A DNA stretch of 64,000 bases from assembly GCA_002633005.1 (NCBI GenBank), contig NMRA01000089.1, positions 558,001 to 622,000 on the forward strand. Reading direction: 5' to 3'. Below are positions 11,001-22,900 of the stretch, in pieces (position 1 is the first letter of the stretch; each line of letters opens with the position of its first letter). A program made the translations under genes and the position numbers. Under the pieces are notes generated by a model. The model ran no database searches. It was not told the DNA's origin and worked only from the letters and a program-made list of their open reading frames with translations. This DNA is from Phoronis australis. Lineage: Eukaryota > Animalia > Phoronida.

Positions 11001-14000
11001 TCCTCATTGGAAATAGTAGCAAACCATTTAATCAAACGTATGGCCATTATACTGCAATTTAGACTAAACAGTTTCTACCATTAGATATATGGAGAAATGA
11101 GTTCATTCTTGTACTATATTATCAAATATGACCCTTGTGTCAGAATTCGAAGCTAAGGAAGAGCTCTCCTGTGTCCTTTGGTAATATTCAGATAGATACT
11201 TCTGGTTACATTCCTCACTGGGCGTCAGTTTTCGCAGATTGTGGAGCAGGGAATTTTCTAGCACATGTGCGTTTGTGAACATCATAGAGAAACCATGCGC
11301 AAGATTTGGAACCTTCTCAATCATTACTGATAGGCAAATTCTGCAAAAATGAGATTATTTCTCCAACATAATTCAAACTGTAAAAAGAAACTACTAATTC
11401 CAATTTCAGAAAATCTAAAATCTTGAAGACAGACTGGTGTCACTCATTTGATTTCTTAAAAAATGAGGGTATCCCCAATATCTTGGTCAAATTTCCCATT
11501 TGTTTATATGGAACCAAGCTGTGCAAAATCGACCACTGGTACTTTGTAAAAAAAGCGTTCTGAGGTAAAATGTGGATATGGTGATTCATGATTCAGCCAT
11601 ATTGTCATGTATGCTAATTATTGATCGGTTAAGGTTATTGCATATTGCAGCTTTTCTAAAAAAATGCCTTTAAGCCAGTTTTCGCAAACCCATTACAGCT
11701 GACGTCCACTTCATTCCCTAAAAACAAATAATGAAACTTAAGTCACAGCTGTGCTGTGTTTGCCATAACTTTCCTCCTCTGATAGCTAGACTAAACAATC
11801 GAGGGTTTCACTACAGCTGAAGCCCTGTAAGAAGTAACAAAATAAAGCCATCTTGTAAAAATCTTTGTTTTTAGTTTTCCAATTACTCAGTTAAGAAATG
11901 ATTAAGACTTATTTTAGCCACAAATTCAAATTTTCAGTATGGGATTTTTTTACCAATTCTAAAAAGCACTTGGAACATAGATGTAGACAAGATAAAGATG
12001 GAGGTTTGTTCACGTAATCGTAAACACATTGAATTTGATAAGTCTATCTTCCAACTACCTTCAGCACAGACATAGGTTACACTCAGCCACCAATATTGTG
12101 GCTTGTTACCCAGAATATGCAAAATGACATAAAAAGAAATTTCATGGTGTTAATGTGTTTTTCTTTTAATGTGACAGAATTTAGCAAAAGAGATTTTCGT
12201 TTTGCTAAATTTTAAGAAAAAGACATTTTCACATTAGTTACCCAATGCCAGATTGGTGTAGAGTGGAAAATGAAATGGTTTCTACTTTCAGAAAATAGAA
12301 TCCCTTTCAGAGTAAAATTTTATAGCTTTATAGATATTTGCAAGGTACCTAAACTACACAGTCAACGGACTCATAAACACGACTCACAGACCTGCAAACA
12401 CCGTCCTCTAACTCACAAACACGGGAACGGACTCACAACACACTATCCATGCACCCAAATATATGGGACACGGACTCATATTCACGAGGAAACACGGTTA
12501 ACGAACCGCCAAACACGGTTTACGGACAAAATGAAGATGTCAGCTGACCCAGGAAGCGATGAGTCCGTGACCCGTGTTTGGCGGTCGGTTAACCGTGTTT
12601 CCTCGTGAATACGAGTCCGTGTCCCGTGTATTTGGGTGCGTGGATTGCGTTTTGTGAGTCCGTTCCCGTGTTTGTGAGTCGGTGGACGGTGTTTGCAGGT
12701 CCGTGAGTCGTGTTCATGCGTCCGTGCCCGTGTTTATGAGTCCGTTGTCCGTGTAGTTTAGGTACCTTGTATTTGGCTCCGTGAACAAACGTGTCAATAA
12801 GATCCCACATAATTAAACAAAAGACGGTTCACTTGGATGGTTATGTGGGTTTTCTCAACAGTTAGATGTATTTTGAGTGTTGCTAGTATACCAGATCCTC
12901 TTTTCAAAACCAATTCATAGTCTATATGTAATAATAAAGAGGCGTCGAGTATTTGCTCTGCACTTGTTGCGCTAAGTATTTTAGAATCAATCTTATGGCT
13001 TTATGTCAGTTCAAATTTGATGAGAGCTGCAATAGACTTTTTGCCTGGAAACCAGCAGGGATATGGTTCTTTCACAAAGAGCTGTCTATTGCTAGAAATG
13101 CCTGGGAGATTTGAACTCGAGTTGCACATGTTTACCGGTAAACCTCCGGGACATTAACTTCATTTTCATACACCATACAAATTAAATTAAAGTAGTCTTC
13201 CGAGTTTTAAAAGTGCTGGACCTGAGTTTGACGAATAAGACAGTTAAAATGCAAATCAACTTTTTGTATGTGATACATATTCATTATAACAAATCATGCT
13301 TGTTTGATCAGCATACAAAAAAATTCTTGCATTCTCTAACAATAATCGTGGAGAATTGATGTCCCCAGAAAATCTGAGGTTGTAAAACTGTTTAATTTTG
13401 TCAAAGTTTACTTTGTCAATTAAAAATATATGTTTGGTTTTAAAAACCTGTATATTTTGTTTATTTTCAATTCCAAAGACTTTAACTCCAATCAAAAATG
13501 AAAAACAAGGATTTAGCAACTTTAAAGCCCCCAATCCATCCAGGTTTTGTAGAAATTGACATTTGATCCAATTACTGAATTTCATAGTTTAGAGCAAAGC
13601 AAGAAAGTCTTCTAAGCAGAGCACCATCTCATAGCCAAGGATTTATCTTGACATTTTGTCCAATTTCATTACAAATGTGATTGCGTCGTTTTGTGAGTGC
13701 AAAACCATGTGCATCTGGAAAATGGTGTTGTTTAAATCTAAACTTTTTCGTTTTAATAAACACTTGTACTAACAAAACTTGATGTAAAAACTAAATATTC
13801 TCTTTTCATCCAGGCTGGCATGTTGAAAATGGAAATGCTGATGGACTGAAGCCTGACTGTTTGATTTCTCTCACCGCTCCGAAAAAATGTGCCAAACTCT
13901 TCAAGGGCCGACTGCATTACCTGGGTGGACGATTTGTGCCACCATTACTTCAACAGAAGTACGACCTCAAACTACCACCTTATTCAGGCACTGAGTGTAT

Positions 14001-14040
14001 TGTGGAACTGCCAGTTAATAACTCCATTAAGGAGCAATAG
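2044..14040 (+). CDS. NAXE: NAD(P)H-hydrate epimerase (YjeF_N family, NAXE/APOA1BP), 5'-partial; exons 2044-2152, 7936-8049, 9974-10244, 13814-14040
   Basis: Spliced AG/GT-bounded exons join in phase: [37 protein letters not shown] | [24 protein letters not shown] | [31 protein letters not shown] | [39 protein letters not shown] (TAG ends 14040). [17 protein letters not shown] and SIDVPSGW are YjeF_N hallmarks. Exon 1 lies upstream of the window. Confidence 0.96.
5365..6966 (-). mobile_element. Tc2/pogo-like element relic carrying a frameshifted HIRAN-like ORF (about 5463-5695, -)
   Basis: AAGCGCCC subterminal motifs at 5385-5410 and 6914-6950 and the terminus aatatggta match the style of the 568-1303 element. 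Minus-strand translation across frameshifts gives [58 protein letters not shown]. Confidence 0.55.
5995..6466 (+). mobile_element. Kolobok-like transposon 5' fragment with degenerate THAP zinc finger
   Basis: TTAA-AGGAGAA start at 5995. Translation of about 6177-6390 gives WCIVP/(fs)[40 protein letters not shown], which fits the THAP pattern C-x-C..FP..W..CxxH. The opposite terminus was not found. Confidence 0.6.
9047..9281. repeat. Two direct copies of an about 73-bp sequence, about 160 bp apart
   Basis: tgactttcctgtta.ccccttcattagtcattctttgcagtatt..acacccgccgtgtctcactgtgtgt at about 9047 and about 9207. Confidence 0.85.
12341..12769. mobile_element. Fold-back MITE, about 430 bp, with long inverted arms and a 6-bp flanking direct repeat
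   Basis: caaggtacctaaactacac.. pairs with ..gtgtagtttaggtaccttg. The arms are about 180-200 bp and built of AAACACGG/ACGGACTCA motifs. TATTTG flanks both sides (12335-12340, 12770-12775). Confidence 0.88.
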
Positions 14041-14335
14041 GTTTCCATGGTAACGTTTGGTGGCATCTGCCGTAGTGAGTGATTGAGTACTTAGTATTCA
14101 GGCAGGCGTTTCCTTTTTGCCGGGTTGAAAATGACAAACTATGGTGATTCAATTGACAAGTGAATGAATTTTTGATTCTGATGATCAAAGAGGATCAGCG
14201 AGGCTGCTGGTAGAAATTCCCAAGAGAGAAAAGAAAAAAGGTGGACTACAATTCAGCTTTGGAATTACGTGAATGTATACTGGTCTGTTTATTTATTGAA
14301 GTATACACAAAGCGTGTCGCGATACATTCTGCTGG

Positions 14336-14341
14336 AATAAA
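14336..14341 (+). terminator. Candidate NAXE polyadenylation signal
   Basis: First AATAAA about 300 bp after the stop, followed by a GT-rich tract. ATTAAA near 15617 is an alternative. Confidence 0.35.
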
Positions 14342-15896
14342 ATGATTGGTTCTGGTCTGTACCCAATTAATTTTGAAACCTGCAAGTCACTACTTAAGTA
14401 AAGAAGTGCCAGCCCTTCAACAGTTTCAGTCAAACTCTTGAATTCTTTTCCAATGCTGCGTAATCTAAACGACTAGACTTTTTAAAAAGTTCATGAATTG
14501 TCAAATCGGCAGCAATCGTCTCACGAGATTGTTAAGGAGGCCAAAATCACCTGACGATTGGCTGTCATTGACTGCTTTGCGGCTCGCACGCACCAGGTGC
14601 CACCCCTACCCAGTTCCATGATGAACAGGAGCACACTCAAGTATACGTGTCATTGCACTTTTGAAGTTGGTTTAACACTAAAGGAAGAAAACCAAGTTTT
14701 TTGGAAAGTGGTCAACTAAAACAAAAGCCTCATCAATTTTCAAAAATATGACGGATCAACGCCTACCATGCATTTTTAACCTAATGAAGAACTTTAGTAT
14801 TGTATTTCAGAAATTGTGTTATAGGATGACCTGGGTGTGTTCCCTTACTGTGTAAAGAAGTGTAGAATAGGTTGGAAGTCAACCAATCTTATTGATGTTC
14901 AACTGGGAATGTGTGGGATAATGATAAATTACTATAAGTATGGCCGAATGTAACTGCATGCTGATTCATGTCAATGCCAGGAGAGTCCTGTTATTGCTGT
15001 CACATTTGACCCCACAAAATTACCTTTAAGCTGTTGTATTTGTCACTACCTGCGTTTTAGCAAGTGTCATTTTGTTTTGAGCCTTTTCTATGAGGGATTT
15101 TCTGAAGCTACGTGAAACTGCTTAAGAGCTTGAATGTCGCATATAATTTGTGAGGAACATTTGAAGTCAGCAGTTGATTGAATGCTTTTAACTTCTGAAG
15201 GGTGCAAAATGTAAATTGCAAATGAACGTTCAGAATCCTGTGCTTTGCTTGACGATAAGCCCACTAGCTTGTGGCACTGGTAAGCATTGTGCTTTTAGCA
15301 GATATTGAACACTGGTACAGCTCTGGAACCTGCCATGGGAATTGTTATTCATATGCGTTGTGATTATAGGCCATTTTGGCGTTTAGCTTTGAAAGTGGCT
15401 TTTGTATATATTAGTTCAATGTTTAGTGAAACTCTCATAAGTCAGACTTGCATGCATATAGTCAGGATTTTTGTAACACTATGACGAGGTTCTGCAGTTT
15501 GGTTGTTCTAGTTTGTGAACTCTGCTTTTCAAATGGTTAGATCTGACTTGTGTGAGTTTTACTGTGCGCTTTAAAGTCGTAATAACTTTATTGTACAAAA
15601 TATTATGTTTTTGGAAATTAAAAATGCTTTGTTTGTATTCCGTCTGTGGTTTTTTGCTGAATTGTCATGTTAATTCTTTTGCTAAGTAACACCCAACGTG
15701 GTGGAAATGTGGAATTATATTTTGTAATGTACACCTGTCATAATACTGCACTTGGTGGAAACTGGACTATTGTATGATTTGGAAAGATTATGGAGTTATA
15801 AACCAGTATCATGGAGTCAATAAATTGCAATATTGACTGCTACTATGGTAACACTGTTTCAAATTTTGTAAAATTTTCTCTTGAAGCTACCCCGCC

Positions 15897-16130
15897 CAGG
15901 GCTTGGAATTTACCCGTTTTAAGAGGGTTTTTTCTTTTCTTACTTCAATTCCCTCTAATATTTAGTTTCCAATTTCCTTTTTTCATCTCTTTTTTATCAT
16001 TATTTTGATTTCATTCATGCAAATGTTTTTTACAGTTAAATTTTACAACACAAAAATATTTCTATCACATAAGCCTATTTATTTGTCATCTGGAAAATTT
16101 TCCTTTTGTTATTGGCTATTCCAAGCCCAG
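15897..16130 (+). mobile_element. hAT-type MITE, about 234 bp
   Basis: TIRs cagggcttggaat / attccaagcccag. A diverged relative occurs in opposite orientation at about 35860-36093. Confidence 0.7.
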
Positions 16131-19100
16131 CTACCCTTATTTGGTAAAGATTAGATTCTTATCTCTTATTATTCATCTAAAGCCTAGACTACTGTGCCAC
16201 CAACATGTCATGTGGACTATGACATCAGATTTGTTTTTAAACAACTATAAATTATTAGTCAACAGGTGAATGCAAATGACTCACAGTCATACTGTTGTAC
16301 AAACTTGGCGCATCTTCAACTTAAGGCAGCTCAGACTTTCAATACACACCATTTCTGCACATTAGCGTGTGCACTGTGAGTGTACCGACACGAAGCTTGC
16401 AATCGAATTGATATTATTAGCAAATGACAATTGTGGATTGTTTTGCCTTAAAAATTACCACTGTATGACCACAAAATATATCTTTCCAAAATTTAATACA
16501 TTGTTCCATTGTTCATTCCACTTGTCTCTTGGAAGTTTTTTAAAATCTCAACGTTTTGGGTAAACAAACTAGAAACTGACTTTCCAAACGACTGCTCGAC
16601 ATACGATCCAAAACCCAAACACAGACTTGTTCCATGAATTACTTGGCTGATACCAGCAATGATATACCGATAATGAAACAATTTGTGACTCTCACTGTCA
16701 AAATCATGGTTTTCATACCCACAAAAATGTGATCGACTAGATCTACACCTTGGCCATTCTCATATTTTTGGCCGTCTGAAAACCAAGATATTGACCTTGG
16801 TGAAAGTCAATCATGTAGCAAGGTAGTCATCTTTTCAAAGCAGAAAAGTTGCCGCCTTGGCAACTATTTTTGTGGAAATCCTTCAAGTATTACCGTAGTT
16901 GATGACTTCAAGTAGTTGAAGCATACTCGAAGCGTGCTTATGACAGGTTTTTGACATTTAATGAAGCCACTTCCAGTGCCATCGTTGAAAACCATCGTTT
17001 TGTTTCATAATGCATTAACATATTATTGATGCCTGTGACTTCCAAATTTGTCTCAAAGCGGTGCTTTAATAGTGACAAACAATATGCTGGCATTGTATAT
17101 GAGAACCTATGTCATCACATTGAAAATTTTTGTCTTCTTTGATGGAGATTGATAGAGATGAGCACAGGCCTTTGAGTCTATCGGTTCTCGTATCCAGCAT
17201 TATGTATAGTTGTCATTGGGAGATTCAGGTGCATTGGAGATAGGTGCAAAATTTCAAGTTGTAATGCCACCTGGTGGTGCAATACTGATCAGATACATCC
17301 GGCAACTTGCAGGTACTGTCCTCAAACTGCCAGTTTTCCTGATGTTATTTTTGAAAAGACAGATAAAAACTTATTTTTCTTAGGGGTGCAACTTCACTCA
17401 AGTTAGAACTATTCTGCATAAGATAGAAACATACAAGCCAGATTTAAAAATGGTACTTAGAACAGATAGGTGAAGTCTCTGTGGAAAGAAATGTAATTAA
17501 GGGTGCACAATAAAAAACATTTTCTTTCCAGCAGCAATTTTTTTGTATAAGGAATATAAATGGCACAACTGCATGTCTAAGGATACAAACAGTCTTATTC
17601 TAAAAAAACAAGTTTAATCAAAAACATGAATTTTATTACCATAGTGAATGTTCATGGTCAGACAAATGTGACATAATGCTCATTCTACAGCCTTGACTGA
17701 GCTGCAGGTTGTTAATGTGAACAATGTGATGAAAAATTTCAATAGCAACACTTGGAAATAACAAGAAACTACTTACAATAAATTCTTACGAAAAACATCA
17801 CGCAAGTTTTGATTTTCAATGTAACGCTGAATAGGTGATAAATTACTTGCTTTAACATTTCTGACATTCAAGTTATACTACAAATACATTAACCACTTAA
17901 ATGAGATATTGGACAGTTTTTGCACTCCTTACTTTACAAACCATGTGATGGAGTTCCGAGGCGTAGCAAAACATGAACTGGACAAGGCATGACATTTAGT
18001 ATAATGTCAACTTGCCAAGTATGACATGGCACAATTCCCAGGTTACCGAATGAGAAACAAGCTCATCAAAAAGAAAACCGCATGCGTGGCAGCGCGATGG
18101 CCATGGTCTGAACAAACGACGGTCAGTTTCAAAAGCGGGCATGTTTGACATATGGACCGAAGGAAGGAAATGAAGGCCAATTTCCAATTCAGCTCTTACC
18201 TAAGGAGAATGCAGATCAAAAAGGCAGGCATTGTTCGCGCATGTATCATGGTCAGGGCCGAGTTTTTTTAATAGGCACAATCTCTCGACTGAAGTTAACA
18301 TCGGGCACTTTGCTTGTAATGCATAACGATACCTCACAATGGAACCAGCACTTTTTTGCCAAACAATTCAGACTTCCATCTGTTCTTTTGTTAAAGTTTG
18401 AAAGTGAGGTCGAAAGTCTGCTGCAGGTGGTAGATGTACTCATTTCAAGAAATAAATATGACTTCTGATTTGGTTCCAAGTCACAAAAATGGCAACTCGG
18501 GATTTGTACCAAGTTGTCGAGCGAAATCTTTCATATTGGCAAGCTGCATATTGCCAAATCAAGCACTGCTTTAACTTGAGTTTAGAGTGGAACATGTAGA
18601 TCATTACAACAGTTACAGCTCAGTCAACAAGAAGATACAACATTGCACAATAGAACAATCTCCATTTTTCCTGTATTCAATGACACAATGAAAACAAGGC
18701 TAAGTCAGGTAGCATACAAGTATGATAAGTGTGACTGAATCATCAGACAAGCTTCTTGCTGCTTAACATGACAAATAACAGGTTCTGCTATTGAATGGTA
18801 ATGCCACAGTGAGCACCTTTTGCTACCAGGGTTTTTCGTAGATAAGCCCACCTGATGAAACGCCCATTGGCAGCGTTTATTCGGAAAATCATACCAAATA
18901 AACACCCATGTCCGTTTATTTGGTGTTACAACTTCTGGTACCAAGTGTCCAGATAGTGAGGCATTCATTCGGAAAATTTCCTCGTAAAAGCCAGCAAAGC
19001 GTCAACTTTTGGTCACAAATTCAGTTTTGTGGAACATTCATTATTTACAATAAGGAACAAAGTGTTGGTGAACTATGCATTTATTAACATAAAATTTAAA

Positions 19101-19517
19101 AACAAGATTATTTATTTTAGTAAAAAATGTCAAAGTCAGGAAACCTAAAACTTACCATTTACGCATCCCCCTTTTTTGAATAAACGCTTGAGCATTTATT
19201 TGGTGTTACTAAGACGTTTGAAATTTTCCATTCTCCGAATACACGCCAATGGGCTTATCTACGGAAAATCCCAGTATGATGAAACTGTCACCATATCCAG
19301 AAACATGTTCCTTCGTCATTAACACAAAGGCGAGCAATGGATGAGGGAGAAAGACTATGCCAGAACTGCAATTTGTGTATTCTGACTTTACAAACAATGA
19401 CAACCACACAACTACTTGTCACAAACTCTCTACTGACTGACCACAACACCAGATCTTAAGTGCTGAAGCCAGAATACTTATTTGCATATCAATAGGTGAC
19501 AAATCAACAGCTGGCAA

Positions 19518-19750
19518 ATCAATAGCTTACAGATAGTCAGAATGGACATCTACATACCAAAAGCTTACTGATTTTCAGAATGGATATATGCATATCAATA
19601 TCTTATAGATTTTCAGAATAGACATCTGAATATCAATAGCTTACAGATTTTCAGAATGGACATCTGCATATCAATAGCTTACAGATTTTCACAACAGATA
19701 TCTGCATATCAATAGCTAAACATATCAATAGCTCACAGATTGTTAGAATG
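19518..19750. repeat. 38-bp minisatellite, about 6 copies, in the probable symplekin 3' UTR
   Basis: Unit atcaatagcttacagattttcagaatggacatctgcat repeated head-to-tail with substitutions. Confidence 0.9.
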
Positions 19751-19950
19751 AAACACTGCAAACAGGTGATAGCCAGTCCCACCCACTGATAAGTAATATT
19801 GAATAAGAAATTGGACTGCATGCATTGCACTGGATGCCTTGATTAGCCTGGTTCTAGCATTGAACACAAATGTTGAATGAGATCTCCCACTGAAGATGTC
19901 CTATTTACACAAGGGTGAATTTTAATGTGAAAGAAAGTGTCCCTGCAATG

Positions 19951-22900
19951 CTACTTTTTACTGCGTGTACTCTTTCGAGTCCCCGTAGATGAAGCAGACT
20001 TTGATTTGGCTGGCCTTCCTCTTCCACGAATTTTATCAACTTTCACAGATTCTTCAGCATCCTCCTGCAATAATGAATATTGAAACTAAACATAACAAAA
20101 CTGGGGAACATTTTCATGGCTAAGAAATTATGACACAAAGCAGCTTGAAGCTGATAATCATAGTAAAATTTACCCCAAGTTAAACCTTAAAGTCATTCAA
20201 TACATATAGGTGTTCAAGATACAGGGCAGCATTTTATAAATCCTTTAAAAAGCCCAAGAGTTTCCTCATTCAAATGTCTACGGTAACCTTGTCGCTTAAG
20301 ATGAGACATTATATATGGGGCCTTCAGATGATGTTACAAACACTGGACCCTCTGTAATGCGTGCAGATGCTCTTGTCCAGCAGATTTGAAATGGATTTGG
20401 GAATCGGATCAGTTGTCTCAATGGCTCTGTGGACTGAAATATCTGCCTGGATTGCAGAAAGTCCAGGGTGCAAGCCCCGTTCTAAGGCGACATAATGTGA
20501 CCGTGTCACTACTTAACACAAGCGCAAGTCTTTCCATAAAAATCAGAGGTTACCTCTTTTTCCTCTGCCTTGTCCCCATCAACGACATCTGTGCTGGCAT
20601 CCTTCTCCACCTTGGGCTCTACAACATCTTCACTCCCCTCTGTACCTGCCTCATTTCCCTCTGCACCCGCCTCGCTCAGCCTTTCGTCAATCTTCTCAAT
20701 GGGCTCCTCAATAACTGGTTCATCTTCCACTTGTTTGGGGATGTCCAATTTTTCTTGCTTAATCTTAACCTCTTCATCCTGAGATTTAGGAGCTTCTGCA
20801 GATGCTGTTTCTGCTTCTACACTCTTGCCAGCTCCTACATTGCTTTCCTTCTTTTGTTCATCTGTCGTCTTGGTGGTGGTTGAGGGGGTGGAAGGGGTGG
20901 AGGGGGCCGAGGGTTCCGGCTTCTTCGGAGCTTGAGACGGAGCGGTCATGGAAGATCGAGAAGGAGGAGTCTGTCGAGGGCTCTGTGAATAAGGACCTGG
21001 CATCCTGCTGATAGTCTTAATCGGCCTGGCTAGAGAGCCAATACTTTGGATGTTTTGAGGTTCCTGAAATCCCAAGAAAAACAATTACAATAAATCCTGC
21101 TTTATATCCTACATCCAGTCAACGATGTATTTGCTTGGACCTTGCATAACTAACGAGAGATGCATTTCAGGAGAAACTAAGGTAAGAAGTGCATTATTTG
21201 TGTATCCTTACTTGCGACTGACGCTTTCTCTCCTCAGCCAAACGCTGTTGCTTCATCCTTTCTTCCTCAATCTTTTGCTACAAACGGTAACGTTTAAAAT
21301 GTCATACCAACATACCTTCAACTCAATGCATCTACTAATTTGTCCTCATCAGTTACAACAGCAACAGTAAACAGTTTTTACTCAACATGTTAAGTCAACT
21401 ACCATGACGACATCAGTGACAAAAGTTGAAAATCAGGACAAGACCACTACTACTTTAAAGATGCTATGTCTCATTAAATTGTGATATGCAAATGAAGTCC
21501 TAGTTTACAAACAACCCCGGGTCTTCCGGTGTGACAGAAACTAACAGATCTGGACAATGCTCTGGCAAGACAAACGATGCGTGTAAAAGAGCATCCTGGC
21601 ACTGACATTCAAGTCTGATTATCAAGTATGACATTGTAAGAAACCTTAAATAGCTTCTCCTTCTCAGCATCCTTTATTTCCTGCTTGCCGGCATCTGGCG
21701 TGAGAGTATCTGTGAAGCCAGGAGGGTGCTCCACCACACGGTTCTCTAGCACATCCATGAAGTCTTTAGTGATGTGTGCCACCTGGTGGACCAAGAAGAA
21801 ATAAGAATTATAGGAATGCTGGCAAGTAAGGTTTGCGTAGTTTTATACACATACACTTTAAACAGATGGAGGATTCATAGTCTTGTCGTTGTCGAGATGC
21901 AATACATAGACCAAAACATCAGCACATACCTGGTTGGCTGTGAATGACTTGACGTGGTTGAGCAGCGGTTCCCTGAGGTCGGGGCAGATCTCAAAGGCAC
22001 TGCTGAGGTGTTGTGGTGAAAGCTGCAGCAGGACCTGGAAGGACTGAGGCTTGGTGCGCTGACAGCAGCGGACAAAACCTTCCCAGACCTTCTTGTGTTT
22101 CCAAACCTGGCCATGACAGAAGCATAGTGTAATTAAAAGTCAAGATGCTTTTAAGTGTTTCAGTAAACATTTGAAATGGATACCATTGCTAGAAAACAAT
22201 TAGTAAGTAAAACTACAATTTTATCTAACCAAATGTGACATCACATTCTGTGCATTAGGTCTTTGTGCTATTTGAATGTGATGAGGCCATTCATGGTGTA
22301 TTAAGATGCAAATCAATGACGATTATTAGTCATCTGGCAGAGTTCAAACATGACACTGTATTTATCCACAACAAATTCCCAGGATATACATCACTGTGAA
22401 GTGTCTCCAATATATCACCACACCCTTGTGATTAGACTGACCACTCTCAGACTGACCGCAATACGACAAACCTGTTTAGTTATGAGCCTCTGCAGTATGT
22501 TCATGACAAAACCAAGTAGCCTGGGGTACATGGTCAGTGACTGGATGACCGTCCTCATGAGTAGGGTGGGTAAAGGGGTCTGATCCATCAGCTGCTGCAT
22601 GACCACTGCTAGTACTTCCTGGGTATAGATGGACTTCTCAGCGAAACACAGGCTTGTGGCTAGAAGAAGAAAAGTGGGAGCTACAGAAAAGGGAGAGTTA
22701 CAGAAAAGGGGGGGGGGCATATTCAGCTACTAAAGGAAAAGTCCTCTTATAAAATAATAGACAGTCATCCTTTCACTACACTGATTAAACAGCATGTATT
22801 TAATCACAAAGTTTGTTGCTATTAGGCCTAATCAAAATTATGTTTGTGTCCCGTGAGACTGATCGTAATATATGCGTGTGATTCAAAACATTTTATTTGC

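Noticed and set aside
12270-12810. Similar His/Thr-rich ORFs on both strands
   Set aside because: They are a by-product of the fold-back MITE arms.
19518-19750. CRISPR-like array (38-bp period)
   Set aside because: The units are contiguous with no unique spacers, the context is eukaryotic and no cas genes are present. It is a minisatellite.
20386-21011. Hydrophobic 165-aa and other plus-strand ORFs
   Set aside because: They are antisense to the Glu/Lys-rich symplekin exon, which explains their composition.
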